A DNA stretch of 64,000 nt from Candidatus Termititenax aidoneus. Its GTDB lineage: Bacteria > Margulisbacteria > Termititenacia > Termititenacales > Termititenacaceae. Made by a program: the position numbers and the translations under genes. Shown in pieces: positions 27,861-39,586 of the stretch (positions within the stretch are counted from its first letter, which is position 1; the number at the start of each line of letters is the position of its first letter). Location: NCBI GenBank assembly GCA_003864455.1, contig BGZN01000002.1, positions 3,810 through 67,809 of the forward strand, written 5' to 3'. Below the pieces are notes generated by a model, which saw only the letters and a list, made by a program, of their open reading frames with translations, had not been told where the DNA came from and made no database searches.

Positions 27861-28782
27861 ATGAAAAAATTTATATTGCTGGCCGGCTTGACCGCCCTAT
27901 CCCTGGCCGGAATCAAAGAGGATTTTTTTCACACAGGCTTGAGCGCCAAAACTCTGGCCTTGGGCGGCACGGCGTTTGGTTTTGGCGTGGACTCTATTTA
28001 CTCCAATCCGGCGGGGCTGGCCGTGATTCCGGACGAATATTACGGTTATTCTTACAAGACTTCTTTTGAAAATATGGTTGACACGATGACTTTTGAATGC
28101 ATGCGTCCGCAGGGACGCGGCGCCTGGGGGCTGGGTCTTATTCACATGAATAACGGCGATGCTGATAAGACAGAGATTAACGAATTTGACCGTCCGGAGG
28201 TAATTGGCAAATTCAGCGAGCGGCAGATCGGTCTCAGCGGAGCTTATGCCTGGCCTATCTGGGGCGACGCGGCTATTGGCTTTGGAGCCAGATATTATCG
28301 CAATGATCTAGATGGTGAATACGGGCAGGCTTTGGGTTTTTTTTGCCGGGTACATCAAGAAAATAAATCCAGCTTTATTGTACGGCTTGTCGGTGAATAA
28401 TTTTTCTATTTTGTCCAGCCGTCCGCTGTCCACGCCAATAGTCTGGTCGACACGGCATACGGATTATTTTCCGCTGCGGATCTCTAATTCTCTGGCGTAT
28501 CGCCGGAAAATATTTAATTTTGCAGCGGAGTTTTTTGCGGATCTGCATACTCAGGAAGTCAATGAAGACGGCCGTTTTGAGAATTTTTACTCTCTGGGCG
28601 CCATGGTCTGGATAGCGCCGCGTGTGTTCAATGTACGGCTTGGTTTAAATGATGAAACTATTTCCGCGGGTTTGGGCGCGCGGCTTTTTGACCGGCTGGG
28701 GCTGGATTATGCGTATCTTGCTCATGAGTATTTGGGCGGCAGTCATTATATTTCGGTCAGTTATACTCCGGGGAATAAATAG
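27861..28782 (+). CDS. PorV/UPF0164-like outer-membrane beta-barrel (one +1 frameshift; 306 aa if repaired)
   Basis: Signal peptide; GLSAKTLALGG...YSNPAGLA; C-terminal LDYAY...LGGSHYISVSY; removing one T from T8 (28337-28344) joins the two ORFs. Confidence 0.75.
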
Positions 28783-31700
28783 ATGAAAAGAAGATTAAAG
28801 TACATATTATGGGTGGTGTTTTTGGCGAAAATAACTTTGGCCGCCATACCGACCGCCAATGCCGTGACTTTTGGCCTGAACGGTGACGCTCTATATTCTT
28901 GGGAGAAGTCCGGTTTTTTTGATTGGCAATAAGCCGGTGTATCTGGCGTCCAATGAGCGATTGGCGGAGAATCCACAGATCGTTACGCTGAATAATGGTG
29001 AAGACACTTTGTATTTATTGGTGCATACGGTGAGCAGCGCTGGCGAACACAGGATATATAAAGAAGAATTTGCCGCTGGCGCTTTTGTTTTGAATCAAGC
29101 GGATTACAGCGGCGCGGCCAGGACGCTGCAGGAAAATTATCCTCTGGCGGAGATAGCGGCGGCTGAATTAACGCCGGTTTCTGTTTTGGGCAGAATGCCG
29201 GTGTTTCAGATTGGTGAGAATGTTCTGAAAAAATACGGGGATTTGTATCATTTTGGCGAAGACGACCAGCCTCCGCTGATTTCTTTAGAGTCTTATACGA
29301 ATATATTTTCACCGAACAGCGGCGATGTCTATAAAAACAATATCTATTACACCTATGATTTCGAAGATGACCGAAGTGATTTTATTATCGACGCGCGGAT
29401 AGATGTTATAAATAAAGCCACTAGACTGCCGGTGCGTTCGGAGATAGTAGCTCCCTACACGATGGTAAATGCTCCAGAAAACTATCACTGGGACGGGCTT
29501 ACTGACACGGATGTAACCGCAAGCGAAGGCTGGTATTATCTGAGAATATCCGGCACGGATGAAGCCGGCAATCCAGTCAGCGGCATTACTGAAGATTTCT
29601 ATCTTAAATTGAAACAGCCGGAAATAGAATTATTTAATTATACAATCCAGAATACAGCATACCCGAAAATAATGACTAAAGATTCAACGAATATGTTGTT
29701 TAATCTGGCGGTATTTGGTGAAACGGTTAGCGTAGACGCGCTGGATTATAATATCAAGATAACCAAGCAGCGCGACCCGGACTTCACAGAATATTTAACC
29801 GGTAAAATAAACGAACAGATCATTAATGTGAGCTGGTATGCTGTCAAAGACAGCAAAGGCCGGAATATAAAGGACGGAATTTATACCGCGGAATGTACAG
29901 TGTTTGACAAAGCCGGCTTATTTTCCAACAGCGTGTCTGTGAGTTTTGAGATTAATCGTGAACCGATTATCGCGCTGATCGAAAAAGAAAATGAGATTTT
30001 TACTCCGCATAATGCCAGTGATAATTATCCGGATACGGCAGATTTTGCCATAACTTTGCTGGACAGCGGCCTGACAGTAAACGCGCCGTATAGTTATCAA
30101 ATATTGTCTGAGCAGGAAGAGCTAATAATCCAAAAGGATAACTATACGGGTGAGAAAGTAATTTGGGACGGAAAAGACAGGTTCGGCAACTATCGGGCTG
30201 ATGGAGTGTATATCTTGAGAATTAAAACCGTAGATGAGGTCGGCAATGTCTACGAAAGCCAAGAAACAATAATCAAAACTAAAATACCAGTCAAGATCAC
30301 TTCGCCAAAATCTGTAGAAACAGGAATCAATATGATACCGATCATAGGTACTGTTACCGATCCTGGCGGAGAATCTTCTTTGGATTTTGAGCGTTTTGAA
30401 ATATTTGTCCGGGCCGGCGAACATAAAGATTTTAATCTTCCGGAGAATAAAATAGATTCTCTAGACAGAGAGCTCTGGCAAAGTATAAAACCGCTTCCTT
30501 ATTATATGAATGACGCCGACCCGGATTTTCCGGATGCAGATTATGGAGCGCGCACCGGCTATAGAGCCAAACTAGCTTTCTGGCAGCCGACAGAAAATGG
30601 CGTTTATACTGTACTGCTAGCGGTTAAAGACATGGAAAATTACAAAACATTTGCCGCGGCAGTAACGACAGTTAACCTGGCCAATACCCCCTTGGCAGTT
30701 GTTAGACTGTCTCCGGCGGCTGGCACGACGGTAAATATTAATGATGATTATTTTGCCCTGAAAACTATTTGGGATACTAGTTGTTTTAATAATATTTTTG
30801 CGTATGAAGTAAACGTTTATGCTGTTTCCGGCAATACCAAAACCAAAATTGTGAGAAATTACACCAAAACCGGCAATTTGCCCGGAAATCTAACTATAGT
30901 CTGGGACGGCAAAGATCAATGGCGAAAATATGTGGAAAGCGGAGAATATGTAATTGAGATTTTCTTTTATGACTTAAATGATAACAGTCTGGATCGGCAG
31001 GAAGCAAATGTATTCATCAATAATTACTATGATGAGCCGCTGGAAATAGACCGTTATGAGATAGTTAATAATCAAGTGGTGTTCATCAATTTAAGCGAGC
31101 CGGCCAAAATAGATGTGTCTATTTACAACGGACAAAATAAGCTGACCGGCAACGTTTTGGAGTATTCCGCCGGAGACCTGGAGTTGCCTTTGCCGGAACT
31201 AGCCGCGGGTTTTTATAGAGTGAATCTTAAAGCGGAGTCCTTGGGTAACGCGGAGGATTTTCAGGAAGCGACACTGCCGCTGATCATAGATCAGGAATTG
31301 TCTGGAGAGGGCGCCGGTTTAAGCCTGCCGGCGGATAATGTGGAGCCTCGGCATTATTTTGCGTTTGCGGCGGAGCGAACCGGCGAATATTATCCAGCGG
31401 TCACAGACAGCATTAGGATTAAGATCAAGGGCTACAAAGAAAAATATCCTTACGATCCGTATACTTTGTCTCTGGATTATGAGGCGGCGGAAGAATTCTG
31501 GAAGTATCCGGAAGACGGAGATAGTGATTATGTAAAAGTTGAAGGGAACAACAAGAATTTGGAAGGCAATATATATATCGACAGCAAAATAGCGCAGGAT
31601 ATTTATATTAGAACCGGCAGCTCAAAAAAGGATGCCACGCGTAATTGGAATGGTTTAAGCACAGGAGTGCGCAGCATAGGCCCGGGACATACGCATTATA

Positions 31701-34700
31701 GGTTTACCGGAAAGACTGGCGGAAGTAGTTTGTTTAATTCCGCCTACCTAAGGATGAGCGCTTACGCTTATTTTAAAAATCAAAATGATTACTATGACCA
31801 AAAAGGCGAGCTTTGGAAAAACATTTACAACAATATAAAAACTTACCAGAGCGAGCCGGATTACGACACGCTGTCCAAACAGGTTCTGCCCGCGTTAGAT
31901 AATTTTTATCTGCCCCGGGGCAGCAAAAAAAATATAAGCGTTTCTTTCCAGTCTAAACGGCCGGAATACGAAAAAGTGCAGGAGAAAACTTTTTACCACA
32001 GCCAGGTCTACAATTTGCGTAAAATAGAAAGCTATTCTTCTAATATACCTATACCAAATGAATATTACGACAGCAGCAAATATGAGATACAACAGGACAC
32101 TTCCTCAACTGACCTGGATAACAGCGAATATATGGTGTTTGAAAAACTGCCGATCAGACTTAAACATTCGGGAAATATCACCGGCCAGCATGAATTTCGG
32201 GTGATGCGGCAGATCGAATATGATGAACAAGAGTTTATTAAAACTTCTATCTGGGGTGACGTGCTTGCAGCTTCGGACAATATCGGAGCTGGCCCGGATG
32301 ATACCACGGGCGGGCATAATTATCTGACTATTAATATACTGATTGATGATTTCGCCGAACCGCAGTTGGAGCCGTTTGAATTTGAAATAACTGTACCGGT
32401 AAGAGGTTTATACAAGGGGCAGCCGTTCTACTCCGGAGATCTTTCCGCGCTGGCCGCAGAGATTCTCGGCCCAGATATGCAAACCATAGAAATACCCTAT
32501 AGAGTGACCAGCAATCCTGATTGCCCGGTGACAGACACGGACAGCATCCATTGGTTTGTGGTGGAGCTGCCGATAAGCGCTAATACCACAATTTATTCCG
32601 CGGAAATTATCTCTACTGTGGACAGTAAAATAAAAGCCAGGATAAGTTACGCGGAAGATTATCCTCAATTATTCGCTGAAACTGAATACGCTTTGCCCTG
32701 GAGCACGGCTCTAGATTCCAATCTTAAATCCGGCAAGCTGCAGGGTTTTGCTGTCTATGATCCGCTAAACGCTGGACAGAACAAACTGTCAGATTATTAT
32801 CCCCGTGACGCGATCAACCGCGAGACCAGCATGTTTTTGTGGAAAAACGGAGAGTTAGAAATAAATCCGCAAGTGCGTTTGAGCGGCGACTGGAAGATTA
32901 CTCTAAAAGAAGCAAAAGATTTGCAGTCCGAACATTCTGCTTTGTCCGTAAATTATATTTATCGCTCAGAGGCTGATGATTCCCAGTATGATTATTTTAC
33001 AGTGCGTTTAGATAATACCGCTTATATTGACGCTTACCTGCCGGTGTATGGCTGGATCGCCGCCGGATATAAAGAAAATGGCTATTCTCTGGAAAGCAGA
33101 GATGCGGACAGCAAAAATTGGATTCCGGACAATTTTTACCCGGAATATTATGCTCAGGATTATGTTTTGGCAGAGCAGCATAACGGCTATCTGCTGGGCT
33201 TTGTGAAAATCAGCGACCGCAATGCGGAAAATGTGGTGCGCTTGATTTCTGCCGGAGCAAAAGGCGCGAGTGAAGCCTTGGCCAATGTACTGATTGGCAA
33301 AAAAGTCAGCCGCGGCGAGAAAACGCGGATTTACGCTTATGATTATCGTTCCTGGCTGGATATTTATCCGGATTCTATCGTAGGCGCGAACACTTATTAC
33401 ATTACCTTAACTCCGCAGTTGTATGATAAAGAAAAAATGAATTTGCCGTCCGGCCTGGCCGATCCTTTTGGGCCGATATACAGCATGCGTCCTCATGGCC
33501 TGATATTTAATCAAGAACAAAAGCCGGTGTTGACCTCTGTGCTGAATAATTCCGCGGTTGAACCCGTTGATCTGTCACGTCTGGTTGTCTACCATCTAGA
33601 CCATACCAATCAACTCAATCTGGCGCAAATCTATGCCATTAATGACGCTGATAATGACGGCCTTTTGCAAAAAGATGAACAGGGATCTTTGGCCAGTTTT
33701 GTGGACAGATTTTCCGAACAGTTTTACGTGCCGGCTTTACAGAGAATTACTTTTGCCAATTACGCCGTTTACTCTGGAACAGAAGACGCTGTACTGCGCG
33801 CTCGAGGAAGTCCTTCCGGTAATCTGGAAGGATTCCTAAATGACGACATTTCAATGCCGGTGGTAGACATGCTGCCGGATAATCTTTCCGGAGATTACAC
33901 TATTACTTTGAACGGCTTGACCGAAGGCATGCATAAATTTACGGCCAGAGAATACCAGATTATTAACAACTATAAGAGTGTGGGTGCTCTGTCTGATCCG
34001 GTCAGCGTAATTATCGATCTGTATGATCCGATTTTAACCGTTCCTGTGATTAACAATACGGTTAATATTTTAGCCATGGAGTTTAACGCCAATGAAAAAA
34101 CAACTTTGAATGTCTTGATTTCTGGCAATAACTGGACAGCGCCTGCGGCCAAGGGAGTAAACCAGCAAAATATTGTGCTAGACGGCCTGGAAGACGGCTT
34201 GTATACCGCTGCTATTAATCTGCTGGATTTGGCCGGTCGATCATCTAATGTTGTCACGGCGGCTATTATGATCGATCATACCCCGCCGCAAGCTGTCATC
34301 AACTTTCCTGTCAGCGGACAATATTTACCGTCCACATTCCAATTGCTGTATACCGCTCCAACTGAGGATTTATCCGGAATCAATGAGCTGCGCGTGGAGT
34401 ATCTGGCGGACGGACAATGGCGTAAACTAACCGCGCTGAATATTCAAGCTGTTTCCTGCAACTTGTATTTGCCAGCGGAGCATGGTGAAACCCAGGTGAT
34501 CCGGCTGCGCGTGGATGACCGAGCTGGCAATATTTGGTATTCGCCGCCGGTCAGTATTAATATTGATAATGATTATATTTATAGATTGAATGAGCTGAGT
34601 TTAATTCCTTTGGTATCCGCCAGCATTCATCAAGTAACTGGCTTTATTTTAACTGAAAATTTTTCTGAAGCCGGCGTCGAGCTTTATATTTTGCGCAATC

Positions 34701-37700
34701 CAGCGGAATTGTCCGATTTATCTTGGCCGCTGTCTAATATTCCAGGAATAACGCTCAATATACCGACAGACAGCCCGATTGTTTATTTAGTGGGAAAACT
34801 GGGCAGTCTGTATACCAATCTCATTTCTATACCGGTGCAGCTGCCATATTTTCGGCAGAAGATATATCAGGGTGATATGCTGGATATAAAAGGGGATTAC
34901 CCGGGCTCGCTGAATTATGTTGTTTCTGGAGATACAGTCAGCGTTTTTTATACTCCTCTGGGCAGCAAATTGACCTATCTGGCCGACCAGACAGTTCTAC
35001 ATTCACTGCTGCGGCTGGAGCTGCTAAAAGTTACATCGGATCAAGCGGCCTTGTTTGAAATAAATTCGGCAAATTATTTATATAAACCATTGTCTGGCGG
35101 CGCAATATCTTTGAACTATGCTGTGTCAGAACCTGCGACCAGGCTGCTTACTATCTATCCCTATCAAGACACGGCTACTAGAACGATCCAGATAAATGCT
35201 GGCTATGAACATTGCTTAGATTTGTCAGAGGACACAGTTACTATTTCTGCCGTTCTAGAAAATGCCAATAGTCTTAATGTTGTTTTTACCAAGGATATTG
35301 TTTGTTATCCCGCGCAGGAGCTTAAGCATGATTATCTGAACAGCGCCAATATTATAAGCTGGAGCGACAGCCAGACGGATATTGCACAATATCAGGCAGC
35401 CTTGTATTTCATCAGCAGGAACGGAGAGGCAGAGCTGGTTCAGTCATTTAGCACAGCGGACAAACGCTGGACAAGCCAAGCGCTTACGGAAAATGCTTTT
35501 TATCGCTTTGAACTAAGCGGCATTGATAAACTAAATAATATTTCTTTGGCTAAATCAATAACTTTTTACAGCAATCCAGGGCGTCTGATCGAAGTGCAGC
35601 CGCTTAATTTTACGCAGTTTACGTCCGGCGCGGCCAGCATTGCTTTTGACATAGGCACATTTGCTCAGGAAGTAATATATGCTTATAGAGAAGATCCGCC
35701 GCTTTTAATCGATACAAATATATATTTGTATCAAATATTCGATCTTTTACCTGCCAAAATATTGCCGGCCAGCCAGCCTGTAAGCTATTACTATGACGCG
35801 ACGCGTATAGAGCAGAGCCTGGGCGGAGATCATAATTCTTTAGCGTTGTATTATTTTCAGAATAACAATTGGCAGCCTGTGCTGGAAACCGAATATACCT
35901 ACGATCCGGCTTTGAAACGTTATAAATATACAGGCGCCCAATTTTATCCGCTCGCGATAGGGGCCAAACGTTTTCGGACTTGGGTATTGGAGGGAGTTTC
36001 CTCAAGCTATACAGACAGCAGCGCGGAGATAGACTTAAAAGTCTATGCGCTCAAGGAAAATCTAGAAGTGGCGGCTCAAGCCACGAAACTAAAAATAATT
36101 TCTACAAATGTCCAGACCATGACCGATATTCTGTTTACTAATGCCAATGGTTATGGCGTGCTGCCGATAAAATTGGCTCTAGGCCGGGGAATCACCTACA
36201 GCATTGAAGTGGCGGATGAAACCGGCGTGACAGGCAGCCTGGAATTTTATGCGGAAAAACTGCCGGTAACCTTTAACGCGCTGATAATCGACGGCTGGCA
36301 GTTGGCCACGGGATCAGTTACACTCAATGAAGGAACTAAATATTTGCTGGACATAGATGCGGTAGGCTATCCTGGAGCAGATTTAACTTATGAATTAACC
36401 GGTTATATCAATATGAACCTGGGCAATAAAACCCAGTTTATATACAGGCCTGAGTATATAGATGCCGGCGTGCATTTGCTGAATATTTTGATTAAAGACA
36501 AAAATGTTCTCGTACACACTCAAACAATTTCGGTAAATGTGCTGGATACTAACCGCCAGCCGTTTATTTATAACAACGCTCTGTTGGAAATCAAAGAGCA
36601 GGAAACGCCTACCGCGCACGGAGTGCTCAATATTACAGACTACGACGCGGATAAAATTGAAACTATAGAATTAGTGAATGTGCCGCCGAATTTCTTTATC
36701 AAGAGAGTAACCGCTGAACCGATCATCGTTTATGATATAAAGCCGGCGTATGATCAGCAGGGCACGCATAATATTCTAGTACGGATATTTGACGGTAAAA
36801 ATTGGACTACAGACAATATTGTGATTAAAGTTATTAATGTTAATCGTCCGGGACAAATTGTAAATCCTCGGACAGTAGACGTGCTGGAAAATCAATTGAT
36901 ACATTACACGATAGATGTGCAAGACGAAGATGGCGATCCGCTAAATTTAGATTTTTTCTAAATTTCCCTGTCCGGCTGGAGTGTTAAGCTCCGCGAATAT
37001 AGGCAATAACACGACTAGATTTCAAGTGTGGACAAGGCCTGGTTTTGTGGATAAACAATCTGTAGCGTATCCGGTGCTTATTCAAGACAGTCTGGATATT
37101 TATGAATCTGCTCAAATGTTTAATATAGGCAAAGACACCTTGCCGCCGACAGTACTGTTGGCCAGACCAGCGGACAGTTCCACCTACGCCAGAAATTATC
37201 CTTATTATTTTTCCGTCATGGACAATGTCTGGACAACCATCAATGTCAAAGTTTATCGCGGAGCTGAATTACTTCTGGACGAGACCCAAGCAACCAGCGA
37301 TATTGTTGCCATTGTCCCGCTGAATTTAGGCCAAAACGAGCTTAGTTTTGTCTTTACTGACGGAGCCGGCAACTATAAAACCATGGCCAAAGATATAAAA
37401 TTAGAAAATATAGCTCATTATGATTCGCTTACCGGCATATATGTGGAAATTCCGGTTGGCGCGTATAATATTGACACGCCGGTACTGCTGGCTAAATATG
37501 ATCTGGCAGAATTGGTGAACGCTGACTGGCAGGCCGGTCATTTGCCGTATTCCATAGCTAAATTTTCCACGCCGAGTTTTGTCGCAGCTTTTGACAGCGT
37601 TAAATTGGCCGCTCCTTTAGGCGCCTGGACTACGCTCAATGTTCCGGCCAAATTTGCGGTAAAAGTTCCGAAAACTGAGAATAACGATCAAAAAATACAG

Positions 37701-38543
37701 CCGGTGATTTGGAACAACGTTGACAAAAAATGGCTGGCGCATACAGCCAAAAGATTAACGCCGGAAGAATTTGGCTTGCTCACTGTCCCGGAGTCGGTTT
37801 TTGCACTGGGCGCGGATGAAGAATTGATCTATTTTGAGTCTCCCGCGCTGGGGCTGATCAGTCTGATGTTGTTTGAGACTGCGGAGCGGCCGCAGATCAA
37901 ACTGGCCAATGCAGACGGCTATTACGCGGCTGGCCAAAATCAAGTGCTTTTCACAGTAAAGGGCAACTATTTATGCTTGGATAAAACCATACTGTTTCTG
38001 AATGATGTAACGCTCAATGCCCGTCTAGACCTGGATAGATATATGGATAATGCGCTGCGGGCGCAGATGCTGGAAACGGTACAGGACACTCAAAATGCTT
38101 TGATCCAATATGATCCAGAACAAAAGATTTTTGCGGCTGCCGTAGAGGGATTTGTACAGGGAGACAATCGACTGCGCATAGATGCGGAAAATCTGGTACA
38201 CAGCGTTTCCGCTTATTATACGCTGGCTGTGGACACGGGAGAGTTGCAGGCCAAAGATATATACGCCTATCCCAATCCCGCGCGTTCGGCTGGCGATCAG
38301 ATGGTGCGTTTTAGCTGTATGCTCTCCAAGCCGGCGGATATCAATATCAGAATTTATACTAATCAGGGACATTTAATCAAAGAGCTAAATCAGCGGGGCG
38401 ACACCGGATTTAACGCCGTGTCTTGGGACGGCAAAGATAATTATAACAATCAAACTGCCAACGGAATGTATCTCTACGTGATCACTATTGATGACGGCGA
38501 GAAAAAAATAATTCAGAGAAAGAAAGTAGGCCTATTATTATGA
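28783..38543 (+). CDS. Giant secreted multi-Ig surface protein with FlgD-Ig repeats and a T9SS-CTD-like C-terminus (two +1 frameshifts; 3252 aa if repaired)
   Basis: Signal peptide from ATG 28783 (MKRRLKYILWVVFLAKITLAA); shifts at T7 28914-28920 and T6 36952-36957; repeated WDGKD..G....G.Y motifs, DHTPP/DTLPP Ig boundaries, cadherin-like NVNRP...DEDGDPL; ends YAYPNP...WDGKD...ANGMYLYVI. Confidence 0.75.
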
Positions 38544-39586
38544 GAAAAAAAATAATTTTGCTCGCGCTATTGAGCTGGTCTATTCTAGCTGCCGAGCAAT
38601 TTAGCGGCCGCGTAGCGGTGCAGAATACTGGCCGCATAGCGGTGCAGAATAGCGGCCGCACAGCGGCGCAGGACGCCGCGCAAATAGACTTGACGATCAA
38701 TGGAGTAAAAGCGCCTATCGACGCGCAGGGACGTTATCAGCTGGAAACCGGCGCCGCCAGTCCCAATCATTATCTGCTCAAACTAAACGCTCAGGACGCT
38801 TATTTATTTGTGACCAAACGCGCTGTGCTGAATATTCAGCTCTCCGCGCGCGAGCCGGAATCATACGCCAAACCCGCGCCGGCCGGCCTGTATATTACTT
38901 TGCGGAATGAGGCAGAAATAGTGGAAAAAGCAGATATTACGCTTTGCACAGTTTTTCCGGAAACCGCAGAGGTCATTGTTTTAGGGCGGGAAGTGCGCGA
39001 CTATACGCGCGGCCGGGCTGATTTTCAACAGCTACGTCCGTCCGAAGAAATGTATCTGGCGGTCAGCCGGAATAAAACGCTGTACATTCAAAAGCTGGAA
39101 AATATTGTTTCTGGCAAGGTTACCGAGCTAAATATAGACCTGGCGCAGTTTAGCAAGGCTGAGCCTTTCAACGGAGTGGCGTATGCCGACCGGCAGGGAT
39201 TCCGGCATATTTTGCCAGTGTCCTCGGCGGAAGATTATTTTGTGACCGGCAGTATTTTGCCGGTATCCAGCCGAACGCTGGATAAATATACTCTGTTGTA
39301 TTTTGGGGCTGCTCCTAAATTTCCTGACGATTTAGCGTATTACAATCTGCGCGAACTTATTTATGCTTCACGTGACGGTTATCTGACTGTTTATACGGAT
39401 CTGGATACGGCTTTGCTGGACTTTACCACATACGGCGAATTGGAATTGCTGCAGGAGCGCGGTTATCATCTACCGCATTTTAGCTTTAGGAATTTTTCAC
39501 CGGCGCGGCTTAAACGAGTGAAAGAAATGTATGTCTGGCAAAAGACAGTTCAGCCAGATGGAGACAGCGATGCGGAAAATGATTAA
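38540..39586 (+). CDS. Secreted hypothetical protein
   Basis: Signal peptide MRKKIILLALLSWSILAA; ATGA overlap with the giant gene; also overlaps the Rhs start. Confidence 0.7.
   Translation: MRKKIILLALLSWSILAAEQFSGRVAVQNTGRIAVQNSGRTAAQDAAQIDLTINGVKAPIDAQGRYQLETGAASPNHYLLKLNAQDAYLFVTKRAVLNIQLSAREPESYAKPAPAGLYITLRNEAEIVEKADITLCTVFPETAEVIVLGREVRDYTRGRADFQQLRPSEEMYLAVSRNKTLYIQKLENIVSGKVTELNIDLAQFSKAEPFNGVAYADRQGFRHILPVSSAEDYFVTGSILPVSSRTLDKYTLLYFGAAPKFPDDLAYYNLRELIYASRDGYLTVYTDLDTALLDFTTYGELELLQERGYHLPHFSFRNFSPARLKRVKEMYVWQKTVQPDGDSDAEND
38603..38674 (+). repeat. 3 x 24-bp coding tandem repeat
   Basis: AGCGGCCGCGTAGCGGTGCAGAAT-type units; peptide SGRVAVQN/TGRIAVQN/SGRTAAQD. Confidence 0.85.

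Noticed and set aside
28883..36961. Treating the 2692-aa ORF and the 520-aa ORF (36981-38543) as separate genes
   Set aside because: Neither has a credible start or signal peptide; single-base repairs give one protein from signal peptide (28783) to CTD-like end.
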